From a virus: a DNA stretch of 64,000 nucleotides. Under the pieces are notes generated by a model. That model was given only the letters and a program-made list of their open reading frames with translations, did not search any database and was not told where the DNA came from. The stretch lies in IMG/VR virus record IMGVR_UViG_3300044957_000729; one strand, written 5' to 3'. Positions 29,715-39,916 of this stretch are shown piece after piece (within the stretch, counting starts at the first letter, position 1; each line of letters starts with the position of its first letter). The position numbers and the translations under genes are program-made.

Positions 29715-30119
29715 ATGCCTAGAATTTTAAAGATCGATAATTTTGAAAAAGACTTCAAGCCAGAGTACGGATTAGACTCGGATGGCTCTTGTTATATAGT
29801 AAAATCACCTTTCTATATAGAGATAATATCATCCTATGAAATAGAGGAATTAGGTACACCTCCTAAGATTAAACCCGTGTGGAGCAGAATAAAGCTTATG
29901 CAAAATGATATAATAAGTGTAACTAAATCTGGCTGTTTTGCGCAATTAAAAGATTATGACGGATTTGTTGAATGTAAGCCAGAAAATCTATCCGGAGAGG
30001 GGGAACCTAAATTTGATAGATTTCCTAAAGAAATGCTAAGAAAAATAGGGAAGGATATTATAAATTCTAAACCAATGACTTTTGAGGAGAGAGGTAAAAT
30101 AATTATTGCTAGAACATGA
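29715..30119 (+). CDS. Hypothetical protein
   Basis: ORF following a GATATATA motif. Confidence 0.7.
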   Translation: MPRILKIDNFEKDFKPEYGLDSDGSCYIVKSPFYIEIISSYEIEELGTPPKIKPVWSRIKLMQNDIISVTKSGCFAQLKDYDGFVECKPENLSGEGEPKFDRFPKEMLRKIGKDIINSKPMTFEERGKIIIART

Positions 30120-30673
30120 GAAGAATATTTAGCTTCGCTCAATTTATAAATGAAAGCAGTGCTGCTGGCAATATGGACAGAACATACAGTGTTCCTTTTG
30201 CTTACACTTCTAATGATCCTAAAGATGGATACAACAGTAAAACCTTCGTTGATGATCTTGAATCTATTTTTATAGAAAAACCAGAACTTAAGGAAGAGAT
30301 CACTAAATTTATATCGACCACAATGAAAGTATCTTCCGTAGAACAGCTTTCATCCAAGCCTTTTTCTGAAATAATTAAAATAATACCGGAAATAGAAAGA
30401 ATTATAGAAGCGGGGGAATACGAACCGGAGGAAGCTATGCCTGGGGGTGCTATTTTGTTTATTAGAAATAAGATGTTAAAAAGTGGCTTTGGAGCAGATT
30501 TTTATCTCAATAGTCACGGAACAAAAATTGAAGTAGTTACCGAAGATGAGAAGGGAATGGAAAAGGTTTATATGTTTAAATCAGATAAATTTCCTTTTGA
30601 AAGATTCAATTTTACAGATGAGGAAAAGCAGGAAACTGAGGATCTTATTAATCAAAGAAAGTCTAACTCTTAA
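30116..30673 (+). CDS. Putative internal head protein
   Basis: MRRIFSFAQFINES. Confidence 0.7.
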   Translation: MRRIFSFAQFINESSAAGNMDRTYSVPFAYTSNDPKDGYNSKTFVDDLESIFIEKPELKEEITKFISTTMKVSSVEQLSSKPFSEIIKIIPEIERIIEAGEYEPEEAMPGGAILFIRNKMLKSGFGADFYLNSHGTKIEVVTEDEKGMEKVYMFKSDKFPFERFNFTDEEKQETEDLINQRKSNS

Positions 30674-31394
30674 ACCTATTCATTATCATATCTATAGATT
30701 TTTCTTTACTTAGCTCTGTCCCTGTTTCCATATCGATCTCTTTAGAGACTTCAGCAACAAGAACACAGTCATACTGATCTGAAAAATCTTTTATATTGCT
30801 TTTTAAAAACCTTTTTATTTTAGAAATATCTTTTGTTGTTTCACAAAGAGGATCCAATAACTCCGTCATAAGAAGTGCCACATTTTCTTTTTGTGATATT
30901 TTTACTATTGAAAAAAACCATGTAAATATTCTCATTGTTTTTTCGCCTTTCTTTCTAATTACTAAAAACCCTTGATCCCATAAATTATATTTGGAGCAGT
31001 AACTTTCTACATCTACTAAAGAATTGTACTTCTTAAAAAAATCATTATTTTCCTCGATAAAATTATCAATCGTGCTAATTGAGTTCTTAGCAATTTCTTC
31101 TATTTCCCTAGTATAATCTAAATTTTTGTCTAGCATATTATATAAATAATCCTTGTCTTCCTCAGTCATTTTAGCTAAGGTCTTTGGGCTAAACTCTGTG
31201 TTTTTGATAAAGCTCTCTAAATCTTTCCTAATTGACAGAAGTGTTTTAAAATATCTTTCAAATCCTGGTTTATTAAAGTTTTCTTTAACCTTCATAAGAT
31301 AGACCATTAGAACATAGTACTTATACTCTAAATCTATTGGATCTTCTAAAAACCAGTATGGTCTCATTTCTGATATGTATGGGCTCTTTTCCAT
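30663..31394 (-). CDS. Hypothetical protein
   Basis: 243-aa ORF with TATATATA upstream. Confidence 0.75.
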   Translation of the reverse strand: MEKSPYISEMRPYWFLEDPIDLEYKYYVLMVYLMKVKENFNKPGFERYFKTLLSIRKDLESFIKNTEFSPKTLAKMTEEDKDYLYNMLDKNLDYTREIEEIAKNSISTIDNFIEENNDFFKKYNSLVDVESYCSKYNLWDQGFLVIRKKGEKTMRIFTWFFSIVKISQKENVALLMTELLDPLCETTKDISKIKRFLKSNIKDFSDQYDCVLVAEVSKEIDMETGTELSKEKSIDMIMNRFKS

Positions 31395-31454
31395 TTATTA
31401 TTATATATAGAAAAACACTAAATTATTCACATAAAAAAATATTTTTAAAAACCT

Positions 31455-31513
31455 GAAACTATCCTGCGTACAAGGACTAAAATTTTTACCTTGTAAATCC
31501 CAGGCTATAAATA
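31455..31513 (+). promoter_or_regulatory. GAAA-N19-TAAAAT (31455-31483) plus T4-type TATAAATA (31506-31513) at the head of the glycan cluster
   Basis: Read directly. Confidence 0.55.
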
Positions 31514-31531
31514 CTATCTTATTTTAATCCT

Positions 31532-31645
31532 ATGAGCCCCCAGTTTTTAGTTATAGCACATTACACAGAAAACACTTTATACGAAGCACTCGCTGGCAAT
31601 CTTAAGCAGACTTTGGCAAAATTTAAAATAAAATTCATTACATAA
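31532..31645 (+). pseudogene. Orphan glycosyltransferase N-terminus (37 aa)
   Basis: MSPQFLVIAHYTENTLYEALAGNLKQTLAKFKI aligns with MRYKIIAYCTNDPYYLGLSKKFVESCNNFNL of 32058. Confidence 0.65.
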
Positions 31646-32068
31646 TGAAAAAGAAAAGAAGCCAAACAGAAGAACAAAAAATAAGACGAGCAGAAAGTAT
31701 TAAAGCTTGGAATATTTTAAACAAAAATCATATAGCTGAAAAAAGAAAAGAATATAGCAATAAAAATCGGGATAAAATAGCTAAATATCAAAAGGAATAT
31801 AGAGAAAAAAAAAGGATATACTAAAAAATCAAAAACATATGAGATATTAGGATGCTCATATGCGGATTTTAAAATGTATATAGAGAATAAATTCTTCGAA
31901 GGAATGACACGGGAAAATCACGGAGAATGGCATTTAGATCATAAAATCCCAGTATCATCCGCTAAAGACGAGAATACACTAATTAAATTAAATCATTATT
32001 CAAATTTTCAGCCATTATGGGCAAAAGATAATATTAAAAAAGGAAATAAATTAAACTATGAGATATAA
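31645..32068 (+). pseudogene. HNH homing endonuclease, frameshifted
   Basis: Basic N-terminus from ATG 31645; frameshift in the A-run near 31805-31813; then KGYTKKSKTYEILGCS..WHLDHKIP..LNHYSNFQPLWAKDNIKKG. Confidence 0.8.
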
Positions 32069-32678
32069 AATTATAGCATATTGTACGAATGATCCTTATT
32101 ATTTAGGTCTTTCTAAAAAATTTGTAGAATCTTGTAATAATTTTAATCTACCATATCATTTAGATATTATAGAATCATTAGGTGACTGGTGTTTAAATAC
32201 ACATTGGAAAGCAAAATTTATTTATAATTGTATGAATAGCATCGACTCTGAATATCTTTTATATGTTGATGTTGATGCAATTTTTAGAAAATATCCTATT
32301 CTTTTAGATTCTATAAATTGTGACATTGCCTATAGAACAGAAAATTTCAGATGGAGATCTGATGAGGCATTATCGGGTACTGTGTTTTTTAAGAATAACA
32401 ACAATGTAAAGAATCTTGTTAGTCGATGGATAGAATTAAATGAATCCAATCCTGCAGAAAGGATGAAACCAGAAACATGGGAGCAAAAAAATATGCAAAG
32501 AGCTCAAAGAGAGATGCCTGAAATAGATTATTTTAATCTACCTCCTGAATATACATATATTACAGATCACACTAAAACAATGTATCCAGGATTATTTCCC
32601 GTCATTGAGCATTTTCAAGCTTCTAGAGAGACTCATAGAAATACGAATCAAAAATCCAATTTAAGAATAAGAAGATAA
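32058..32678 (+). CDS. GT-A glycosyltransferase (GT77/GT34-like)
   Basis: WKAKFI, LYVDVDA, SGTVFF, EQ, LPPEY, IEHFQAS. Confidence 0.75.
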   Translation: MRYKIIAYCTNDPYYLGLSKKFVESCNNFNLPYHLDIIESLGDWCLNTHWKAKFIYNCMNSIDSEYLLYVDVDAIFRKYPILLDSINCDIAYRTENFRWRSDEALSGTVFFKNNNNVKNLVSRWIELNESNPAERMKPETWEQKNMQRAQREMPEIDYFNLPPEYTYITDHTKTMYPGLFPVIEHFQASRETHRNTNQKSNLRIRR

Positions 32679-33415
32679 TGAAATTAAAATATGCCGTAGT
32701 AAGCTCTAATTCAAACCCAGAGTATCTAGACTTTTGGCCATATGTTGCAAAGGCATGGAAAACCCTTATAGGATTAGACCCCATACTTCTTTATATAGAT
32801 AATAATCCGCCACCTGGATGGGTTCATGAACACGGGAAGGTTTATTATTTAGTAGCAAGAAGTGACTGGGATATTGTTCAGCAATCGCAGTGTATAAGAT
32901 TTTGGGCAGCTAATATTTTAGATAAACCCTTTATCATATCAGATATGGATATGCTTCCTATATCTCGCGATTACTATATAAATCATGCAGAATACATAGG
33001 TGATACCGGATTAATATCTTATAGCTCTGATATCATTAAATATAGATGGTACAGAACAAATCCACAATATCCAATGTGTTATCTTGCTGGAGATCCCAAA
33101 AGTTTTTCGGATCTTCTAGATTTAAATGAAGAAAGCCATTTGGAGTTTCTTTTAAGATTGAAAAAAATGAATCTGCGAAGTGGAACTGATCAGAAGTTTT
33201 TTTATAATCAAACACTAAGAAAATCTGGATACTATATTAAACATCTTGAAAGAGGCTGGATAGAAGAAAAATACGCTACTGGTAGGTTGGATAAGGTAAT
33301 ATGGCCTAAAAACGACTATAATGCGCATGAATATATAGATTGCCATTTACCAAGGCCATATATTAACAATAGAAATATCTGTGATGTTTTATTTAATAAA
33401 TTGAATATTAGCTAA
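32678..33415 (+). CDS. Putative glycosyltransferase
   Basis: YLDFWP, SDMDMLP, TDQ, DCHLPRP; paralogue of 42064..42915. Confidence 0.6.
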   Translation: MKLKYAVVSSNSNPEYLDFWPYVAKAWKTLIGLDPILLYIDNNPPPGWVHEHGKVYYLVARSDWDIVQQSQCIRFWAANILDKPFIISDMDMLPISRDYYINHAEYIGDTGLISYSSDIIKYRWYRTNPQYPMCYLAGDPKSFSDLLDLNEESHLEFLLRLKKMNLRSGTDQKFFYNQTLRKSGYYIKHLERGWIEEKYATGRLDKVIWPKNDYNAHEYIDCHLPRPYINNRNICDVLFNKLNIS

Positions 33416-34053
33416 TGAAGCCTATTTTTATATCTTTTTATTCAGGGGATTCATATTACGAAAGATGTTCTCAAGTACTTCTTAGTAAATGTAAGTCTCT
33501 TGGGATAGAAATAGATATAAAAAGATCTGGCGGATATGCAGAGTATTGGAAAAATACATTATATAAGCCCTCTTTTATATATGATAAATTAAATCTACTA
33601 AAAAAAGATTTGGTTTGGATAGACATCGATACTGATATACTCGAATATCACAGTGAATTTAAAAAGTGGGATTCTGACATACTTTTTGCTAGTCACACTG
33701 GTGATCTGCAAGGAATTAAAGCATCCCCAATTTGTATTAAATACAATGAAAGATCTATGGAATTTTTAAAGTATTTAAAAGATTTATGTTTAGAAAAAAT
33801 AACAAAGAATGAGATAGATTTTGATCACGATGTTCTTAAATACGTTGCTCTCCCTAAATTTAAGAATAAATTATGGGTAGATATAATGAGGGGCGACGGA
33901 TTTAGAAGCGATGATTTTAGTAATGGCAAAATTATAAATAATGGGATATCTAGAGTTAGAGATAAGAATATCTACGTTAGGGAGGTACTTAGAAAAAATA
34001 TTAAAAGGACTAAAGAATTTGATTCGTGCTCATTAAAAGATTTTTTAATATGA
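33415..34053 (+). CDS. GT77-like glycosyltransferase
   Basis: YKPSFI, WIDID, ASPI, DHD. Confidence 0.7.
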   Translation: MKPIFISFYSGDSYYERCSQVLLSKCKSLGIEIDIKRSGGYAEYWKNTLYKPSFIYDKLNLLKKDLVWIDIDTDILEYHSEFKKWDSDILFASHTGDLQGIKASPICIKYNERSMEFLKYLKDLCLEKITKNEIDFDHDVLKYVALPKFKNKLWVDIMRGDGFRSDDFSNGKIINNGISRVRDKNIYVREVLRKNIKRTKEFDSCSLKDFLI

Positions 34054-34925
34054 AAAGAAGCATTAAAGTAACTAGACAATTAATAAATAGGGGATTTAAT
34101 CCTCGTATGTCTAAAATTTTCAGTAGCAATACTGATACTAATCAAGAAAAACCTAAAGAGACCAAAGAAGAAAAACCTAAGGAGGACTGGGAAGAAAAAT
34201 CTAATCATCACACGGAAGAAAAAGATATGAGTTTATTTAGACCTATAGAAAACCCAAGAGAGAGAACACATATAAATGAATGGAAAAACATAACAGGGAA
34301 AGAAACTATATTTGTTTCTTTTATTTCTGATCCTATTGGCAGTGATTTTTATTCTTCTAGAATAGAGGGACTGGTAAAAAAATTAAATGAATTTGGATCT
34401 GATTACATAGTTAGACAATATCCTTCAGATAGGCATTATTTTCAGAACTGCTGTTTTAAGCCCGTTTTTATAAAAGAAATTATAGAAAAATACGATAAGA
34501 ATATTGTTTGGATTGACGGAGATACTCACATTAAAAAATGTCTAGGCCTTTTTACTTTAGATGGCGATTATGATATTGGATTAGTTTCTTATACTGATGA
34601 TATAAGTTCTTTTGTTGCTTCTCCTATATTTTTTAGGAACACCTTACAATCAAAAGCATTAATAGATGCTTGGGAAAAACACTGTACCCTTAAAATTGAA
34701 AATGGAATATGTGAGTTAGATCACGATGCAATAAAGCATTCAATAATTCCTCAGTTTAAAGATGTATTAAAGATTAAACTGAACGACGGAAATTATCATA
34801 GGGGAGATATCATAGAAAACGTTAATTCAAGTGTGCCTGAAAAAAGAATAGTGATACAAGAAATGGCATCAATAAATTCTAAAAGACCTTTTAATCTTAC
34901 TAACAAAGACTTTAACATAGTATGA
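34050..34925 (+). CDS. GT77-like glycosyltransferase
   Basis: FKPVFI, WIDGD, ASPI, DHD; ATG 34050 overlaps the previous stop. Confidence 0.7.
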   Translation: MKRSIKVTRQLINRGFNPRMSKIFSSNTDTNQEKPKETKEEKPKEDWEEKSNHHTEEKDMSLFRPIENPRERTHINEWKNITGKETIFVSFISDPIGSDFYSSRIEGLVKKLNEFGSDYIVRQYPSDRHYFQNCCFKPVFIKEIIEKYDKNIVWIDGDTHIKKCLGLFTLDGDYDIGLVSYTDDISSFVASPIFFRNTLQSKALIDAWEKHCTLKIENGICELDHDAIKHSIIPQFKDVLKIKLNDGNYHRGDIIENVNSSVPEKRIVIQEMASINSKRPFNLTNKDFNIV

Positions 34926-35767
34926 AAAAATTAAAAACTAATTGGGCTCCATTTCCTTATGAATATTCATCATGTTCCAATTTTAAGCCAGAGGATTTTG
35001 AATGGTCTAGAACGGAGGGGATAGCTAATATTGCTATCGATCATCAGATAATGTCGCATAATTTTCCATTAAGCGAGAAAAATTTTGGATGGTTTTGCGA
35101 GTCCAGTGAAATTCTTCCCGAATTAAAAGAGTATTTGAAATCAAACACATCAACACTCAGAAGAAAATTTAAAAATATATTTACTGCCGATCAAGAAATA
35201 ATATTATGGGATCCATCTTTTTTTATTTTTAATCCTCCGGGGTCAAATTTACCGTGGACCCCTAAAAGTAATTATAGGATACCTGAAAAGAGCAAAGTTT
35301 GTTCAATGATTTGTAGCTCTAAAAGCATGACAAGTGGACATAAGATGAGATTGGCTATTGCAGAAAAGCATTACGGAATATTTGATCTTTTCGGCGGTGC
35401 CTACGGTAGTTCTAGAATAGGATCTGGATTAGGGCCCAACGGAGATTGGTGGAGATCAAAAGAAGAGGCACTCGCCCCCTATATGTTTTCTATTGTTTTT
35501 GAAAATGCTAAGGTTGATAAGTATTATACTGAGAAAATAACTGATTGTTTTGCTTTAGGTGTGATACCTATTTACTGGGGAACTGATAAAATATCCGAGG
35601 ACTTTAATCCTGGCGGGATTATTAAATGGGAGGACAATTTTGATTTTAGCTCGCTTACTAGGGACCTATATGATTCCAAGATTTCATATATAAAAGAAAA
35701 TCTAGAAAGAGTTAAAGAATTAAAATCTGCAGATTCTCAGATTTTCAACAAGATAAAAAACTTATGA
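34922..35767 (+). CDS. GT10 alpha-1,3/4-fucosyltransferase-like
   Basis: YMFSIVFENAKVDKYYTEKITDCFALGVIPIYWG. Confidence 0.8.
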   Translation: MKKLKTNWAPFPYEYSSCSNFKPEDFEWSRTEGIANIAIDHQIMSHNFPLSEKNFGWFCESSEILPELKEYLKSNTSTLRRKFKNIFTADQEIILWDPSFFIFNPPGSNLPWTPKSNYRIPEKSKVCSMICSSKSMTSGHKMRLAIAEKHYGIFDLFGGAYGSSRIGSGLGPNGDWWRSKEEALAPYMFSIVFENAKVDKYYTEKITDCFALGVIPIYWGTDKISEDFNPGGIIKWEDNFDFSSLTRDLYDSKISYIKENLERVKELKSADSQIFNKIKNL

Positions 35768-36486
35768 CCAAATTAAACATAGTAGCTGCATCTAGGCAAA
35801 GGCCTGTAAGGATGTATAATGTGGTTAAAAAATGGTTAGATAATGCGGTTAATCCGGAGTTTATAAGGGCAATCATATCAATAGATTCTGATGACCCAAT
35901 GTCTGATCAATATTTCAATCTACTAAATCCCTTATCTACTGAGTACAATACAAAAATTTCCGTGATAATTAATCCTAATACATGTACAGTAGAAGCTATA
36001 AACTCAATTAAACCTCATATAGATGGAGAGCTTATTTTGGTATTTTCTGATGATACTGATTGCTTTGGATCTTGGGATAAGCAGCTGTTAGATTTTTCTT
36101 CTGAACTATCGGGAAAATATGTAATAAAAACATCCGATGGTATAGGTAAGGATCTTATTACGATGCCTATATTTTCTAAAGATTATTTAGATTGCTTTCC
36201 TTACATATATCATCCTTCATACAAGCATATGTTTTGTGACACTGAGCTCACTTGTGTAGCTAGTATGCTTGGATGTGTAATAAACGGGGAACATTTTGAA
36301 TTCCAGCATTTGCATTATTCTAGATCGCATCACGATAAAGATTCTGTTGATGATAAAAATCAGTCCACATTTTATGAAGGAATGGAAATATTTAAAAGAA
36401 GACTTGAAAATAATTTCGATCTTTCACCTAAAGAAGTAAAAGGAAAAATACCAAAACAGATAATAAAATGGATTGCTCGAAAGTAA
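35764..36486 (+). CDS. GT2-like glycosyltransferase
   Basis: SRQRP, FSDD, YHPSYKHMFCDTE. Confidence 0.75.
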   Translation: MTKLNIVAASRQRPVRMYNVVKKWLDNAVNPEFIRAIISIDSDDPMSDQYFNLLNPLSTEYNTKISVIINPNTCTVEAINSIKPHIDGELILVFSDDTDCFGSWDKQLLDFSSELSGKYVIKTSDGIGKDLITMPIFSKDYLDCFPYIYHPSYKHMFCDTELTCVASMLGCVINGEHFEFQHLHYSRSHHDKDSVDDKNQSTFYEGMEIFKRRLENNFDLSPKEVKGKIPKQIIKWIARK

Positions 36487-37130
36487 ACCTTAGTAATGTA
36501 ACTTTAGTTTGTATTGATGGGAGGGATGAGTGTGAAGACAGGACATCACTATACAGGGATATATTTAGGTATACCTTAAATCATTTTAATTTTAATAGGG
36601 TTTTTTTCTTTAGCCACATCCCCTATGATTTTAAAGGTGTGGAAACAATAAGTATATGGAAACTAGGTAATGTTGGTGAGTATTCTAACTTCTGTATGAA
36701 AATATTAAATAGATATATTAATACAGATTTTTGTATGATTATGCAGGACGACGGATTTATCATAAATCCTAATTTATGGGATGATCAGTTTTTGACATAT
36801 GACTATATAGGTGCTCCCTGGCCTATAGGGCTAGGAACTACAACTGCTGAAACTCAAGTTGGCAACGGCGGGTTTTCAATAAGGAGTAAAAGATTTCTTG
36901 AATTTAGTTCGAGCCTTTTTCCGACTATGCAAAACGAAGACAAGTATATACTAGATACAAATAGGAGGGCACTAAATTCAGCTAACTTAAAAATAGCACC
37001 AGTTGAATTAGCTAAAAAGTTCTCTGTCGAGATAAGTATAGATAATAAGCATGTACTAAAAAATTGTTTTGGATTTCATGCAAAACATCTATTACCTGAA
37101 GCAGTAAAATATATAAAACAAAAAAAATGA
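36468..37130 (+). CDS. DUF5672-like GT-A protein
   Basis: QDDGFI, YDYIGAPW, VGNGGFSIRS, NED, FGFH. Confidence 0.8.
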   Translation: MDCSKVNLSNVTLVCIDGRDECEDRTSLYRDIFRYTLNHFNFNRVFFFSHIPYDFKGVETISIWKLGNVGEYSNFCMKILNRYINTDFCMIMQDDGFIINPNLWDDQFLTYDYIGAPWPIGLGTTTAETQVGNGGFSIRSKRFLEFSSSLFPTMQNEDKYILDTNRRALNSANLKIAPVELAKKFSVEISIDNKHVLKNCFGFHAKHLLPEAVKYIKQKK

Positions 37131-37705
37131 GTAAAGAAATAAGAGCATTTAACACAGATTATAAACTTGCGGAAAGATTTATATTTATAAAAAATAAATA
37201 TGAAATAAAAACTGCAATAGAGACCGGTACATATCACGGGGATACTACTTCTTGGCTGGCTGAAAATTTTGAAAATGTTTATACAGTAGAATATGATAAA
37301 AGATATCTGGATGTCGCTCAGAATAAAATATCACAATATGATAATATAAAAAGTTATCTGGGTAGTAGTACTGATTACCTCGGAAAATTTTTAGAGGAAT
37401 GTAAGGATAAAGGAGAAATTATAATTTTTCTAGACGCACATTGGTATGCTAATCCAGTTTTACAGGAACTAGAAAGAATAAAAGAGTCGGGGTTAAAACC
37501 AATTATAGCTATTCATGATTTTAAGGTACCCGGAAGGCCAGATCTTGGTTATGATGAATATCCTAATCAGGATATAGTTTACGATTGGGAATGGATAAAG
37601 GAAAGAATAGAATCTATATATGGCATTGGCCAATTTGATATTGAATATAATACATATTCCGATCAAAATATGAGGGGATGTATATTCTTATTACCTAAAA
37701 AATAA
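37127..37705 (+). CDS. Class I SAM methyltransferase-like
   Basis: IETGTYHG, GSS, FLDAHW, IHD. Confidence 0.75.
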   Translation: MSKEIRAFNTDYKLAERFIFIKNKYEIKTAIETGTYHGDTTSWLAENFENVYTVEYDKRYLDVAQNKISQYDNIKSYLGSSTDYLGKFLEECKDKGEIIIFLDAHWYANPVLQELERIKESGLKPIIAIHDFKVPGRPDLGYDEYPNQDIVYDWEWIKERIESIYGIGQFDIEYNTYSDQNMRGCIFLLPKK

Positions 37706-37710
37706 AAAAA

Positions 37711-38403
37711 ATGATAAAATTAAACGATTACAGAAGAAGCGTGTACTCACAGTCCGGAGAAGACGGTATATTAGAAAAACTATTTCAAACTCTAGGAATA
37801 TCAGAGGGACAATTTTGTGAATTTGGCGCTTCTGACGGTATGTCATATTGTAACACTAGAAAATTAAGAGAAGAGGGATGGAGTGGTGTATTGATTGGAG
37901 GTGATCCTTCATACTCTGAGAGAATAAAAAATAATCTGAAGGATTTTAAAAACGTACAGATAATAGAGTCTTTCATCAGCTGTGAAAATGGGAATACCCT
38001 TGACGATTTACTTAAAGATACGGAATTAAAAAATAATTTTGATTTTATCTCTATTGATATAGACGGAAACGATCTATAGATATGGAAATCTATACAAAAA
38101 TATGAGCCTAAGGTTGTTATGGTAGAGTATAATTCAAACTATCCCTCGACATCTAGCCTTTGTATAAAATATGATAAGGATCATAGACATCAGCTAGATG
38201 CCTATTATAGTGCAACTGCGGGGGCATATAAAAAATTAGCCGACGAGAGGGGATATAAATTAGTAGGATTTACCGAAGGACTAAATCTCGTGTTCTGTAA
38301 AAAAGATATCTCTTCTTATTTATATGAATATCCTTTAGAGGAAATACCTTTGTTAAGAGTATGTCCAGTAATAGAAGGAAGGGATCTTTTAATATATGAA
38401 TAA
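37711..38403 (+). pseudogene. FkbM-like methyltransferase with internal TAG (38077-38079)
   Basis: YSQSGEDG, EFGASDG, SIDIDGNDL*IWK..PKVVMVEYN; both halves are in one frame. Confidence 0.85.
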
Positions 38404-39074
38404 TGAAAGTAATATCCTTTTCCTTATGGGGACAGAATGAGAGATACTTTTTAGGTGCATTTAGAAATTGCGAGCTTGCTACGAAGTGGTATCATGGATG
38501 GAAATGTTACTTTTATGTAAGATCAGATTCCAATAGTGAATATGTTAATAAATTAAGATCATACGAAAATTCTGTCGTGATAGAAATAAATTCTATTGAT
38601 GATAAAAGAGGATTATTCTGGAGATTTATGCCTGCATTCGACAAATCTATAGATGTAACTATCGTAAGGGATTGCGATTCTCGTTTATCTGAGAGAGAAG
38701 CATTAGCAGTTGATAAATGGTTAAAAAGCGATAAGGTATTCCATATCATGAGGGATCATCCTTATCATAATACTGAAATTCTAGGTGGTATGTGGGGGGT
38801 TAAAAATAAATCTGTCGATTTGGGCGAGGTTTTAACTCTAGATATAATCTCTAGCTATAGGGACGAATATCAAGAAGACCAGAGGTATCTTAGAGAAAAA
38901 ATATGGCCATTAGTTAAGGATGATTCAATCATTCATGATGAATTCTTTGGGGGTATTAAATTTCCTAAGGAAAGGAATAACTATGACGACTTTGTAGGGC
39001 AGCAATATAATGACATGGATTTACCAGTAAAAGAAAATTCTGATATACTTAAAAAATACCTAGAATCCAAATGA
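38403..39074 (+). CDS. Putative GT-A glycosyltransferase
   Basis: ISFSLWG, FWRF, RDCDSR, MRDHPYH, ILGGMWG, DQ. Confidence 0.7.
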   Translation: MKVISFSLWGQNERYFLGAFRNCELATKWYHGWKCYFYVRSDSNSEYVNKLRSYENSVVIEINSIDDKRGLFWRFMPAFDKSIDVTIVRDCDSRLSEREALAVDKWLKSDKVFHIMRDHPYHNTEILGGMWGVKNKSVDLGEVLTLDIISSYRDEYQEDQRYLREKIWPLVKDDSIIHDEFFGGIKFPKERNNYDDFVGQQYNDMDLPVKENSDILKKYLESK

Positions 39075-39916
39075 AAGTAGTTATCATACAAGAAGCTGGT
39101 AGACATGAGGAGAATAGAAATTTTAGAGAGTGTCTTAGCTTACAAAGAGCTTTTATATACAATGGTCATGAATGCGATGTTTGGGGATTAGGACATTCAA
39201 ATTATAGCATTATACCAGACTGGAATTCATATGGCCTTATAATGAACATAGAGAACTATGACTCAATAGGATGGGTACCAGATCTTATCCAGTTCAATGT
39301 TCCGATTAAGATTCTATGGAGCATAGATGCTCATTGCAGAGGTACAGAAATATATGAAAATACTTTTACCCAAGGAAGATATAACTTTCTTCTCTATTCT
39401 ACTAGAGACTTCGTTAATAAGGATTATCATTTATGGTTTCCTAATTGCTTTGATGATGATCTGATAAAAAAACTTGAGATAGAAAAGAAATATAAAATAG
39501 GATTTTGCGGAAATTACGTAAACCGTAAGGAACTGCTTGATTGGATGCAGTCTAGGTATCATATGAAGCATGATATATTTGTTATAGGTGAATCTATGGT
39601 AAGATCTATAAATGAATACCATATACACTTCAATAAAAACATGCTAAATGATATAAATTACAGAAATTTTGAAACCATCGGAACAGGGACTACGCTTCTT
39701 ACAAGTTACAATTCTGACTACGAATTACTCGGATTTGAACACGGTAAGAATTGTTTAATCTATAGAAGTAACGAAGATATTATAAGAATAATGGACTTTA
39801 TTTATAATGATACTGATAGAATCCAAAAAATAGGGAAGGAGGGATATGAATTATCTAAGAATCACACTTATAAAATAAGAGTTAAACAACTAATTGATCA
39901 GATATGGAAAAAATGA
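39071..39916 (+). CDS. CgeB-like GT-B glycosyltransferase
   Basis: IGFCGN, INYRNFE, IGKEGY..HTY..R. Confidence 0.75.
   Translation: MKVVIIQEAGRHEENRNFRECLSLQRAFIYNGHECDVWGLGHSNYSIIPDWNSYGLIMNIENYDSIGWVPDLIQFNVPIKILWSIDAHCRGTEIYENTFTQGRYNFLLYSTRDFVNKDYHLWFPNCFDDDLIKKLEIEKKYKIGFCGNYVNRKELLDWMQSRYHMKHDIFVIGESMVRSINEYHIHFNKNMLNDINYRNFETIGTGTTLLTSYNSDYELLGFEHGKNCLIYRSNEDIIRIMDFIYNDTDRIQKIGKEGYELSKNHTYKIRVKQLIDQIWKK

Noticed and set aside
12747-38079. TAG reassignment (alternative genetic code)
   Set aside because: TAG ends many genes cleanly (10424, 42915, 47795, 51605, 56439). Long genes have no internal TAG, and the few internal TAGs mostly co-occur with TAA stops or frameshifts.
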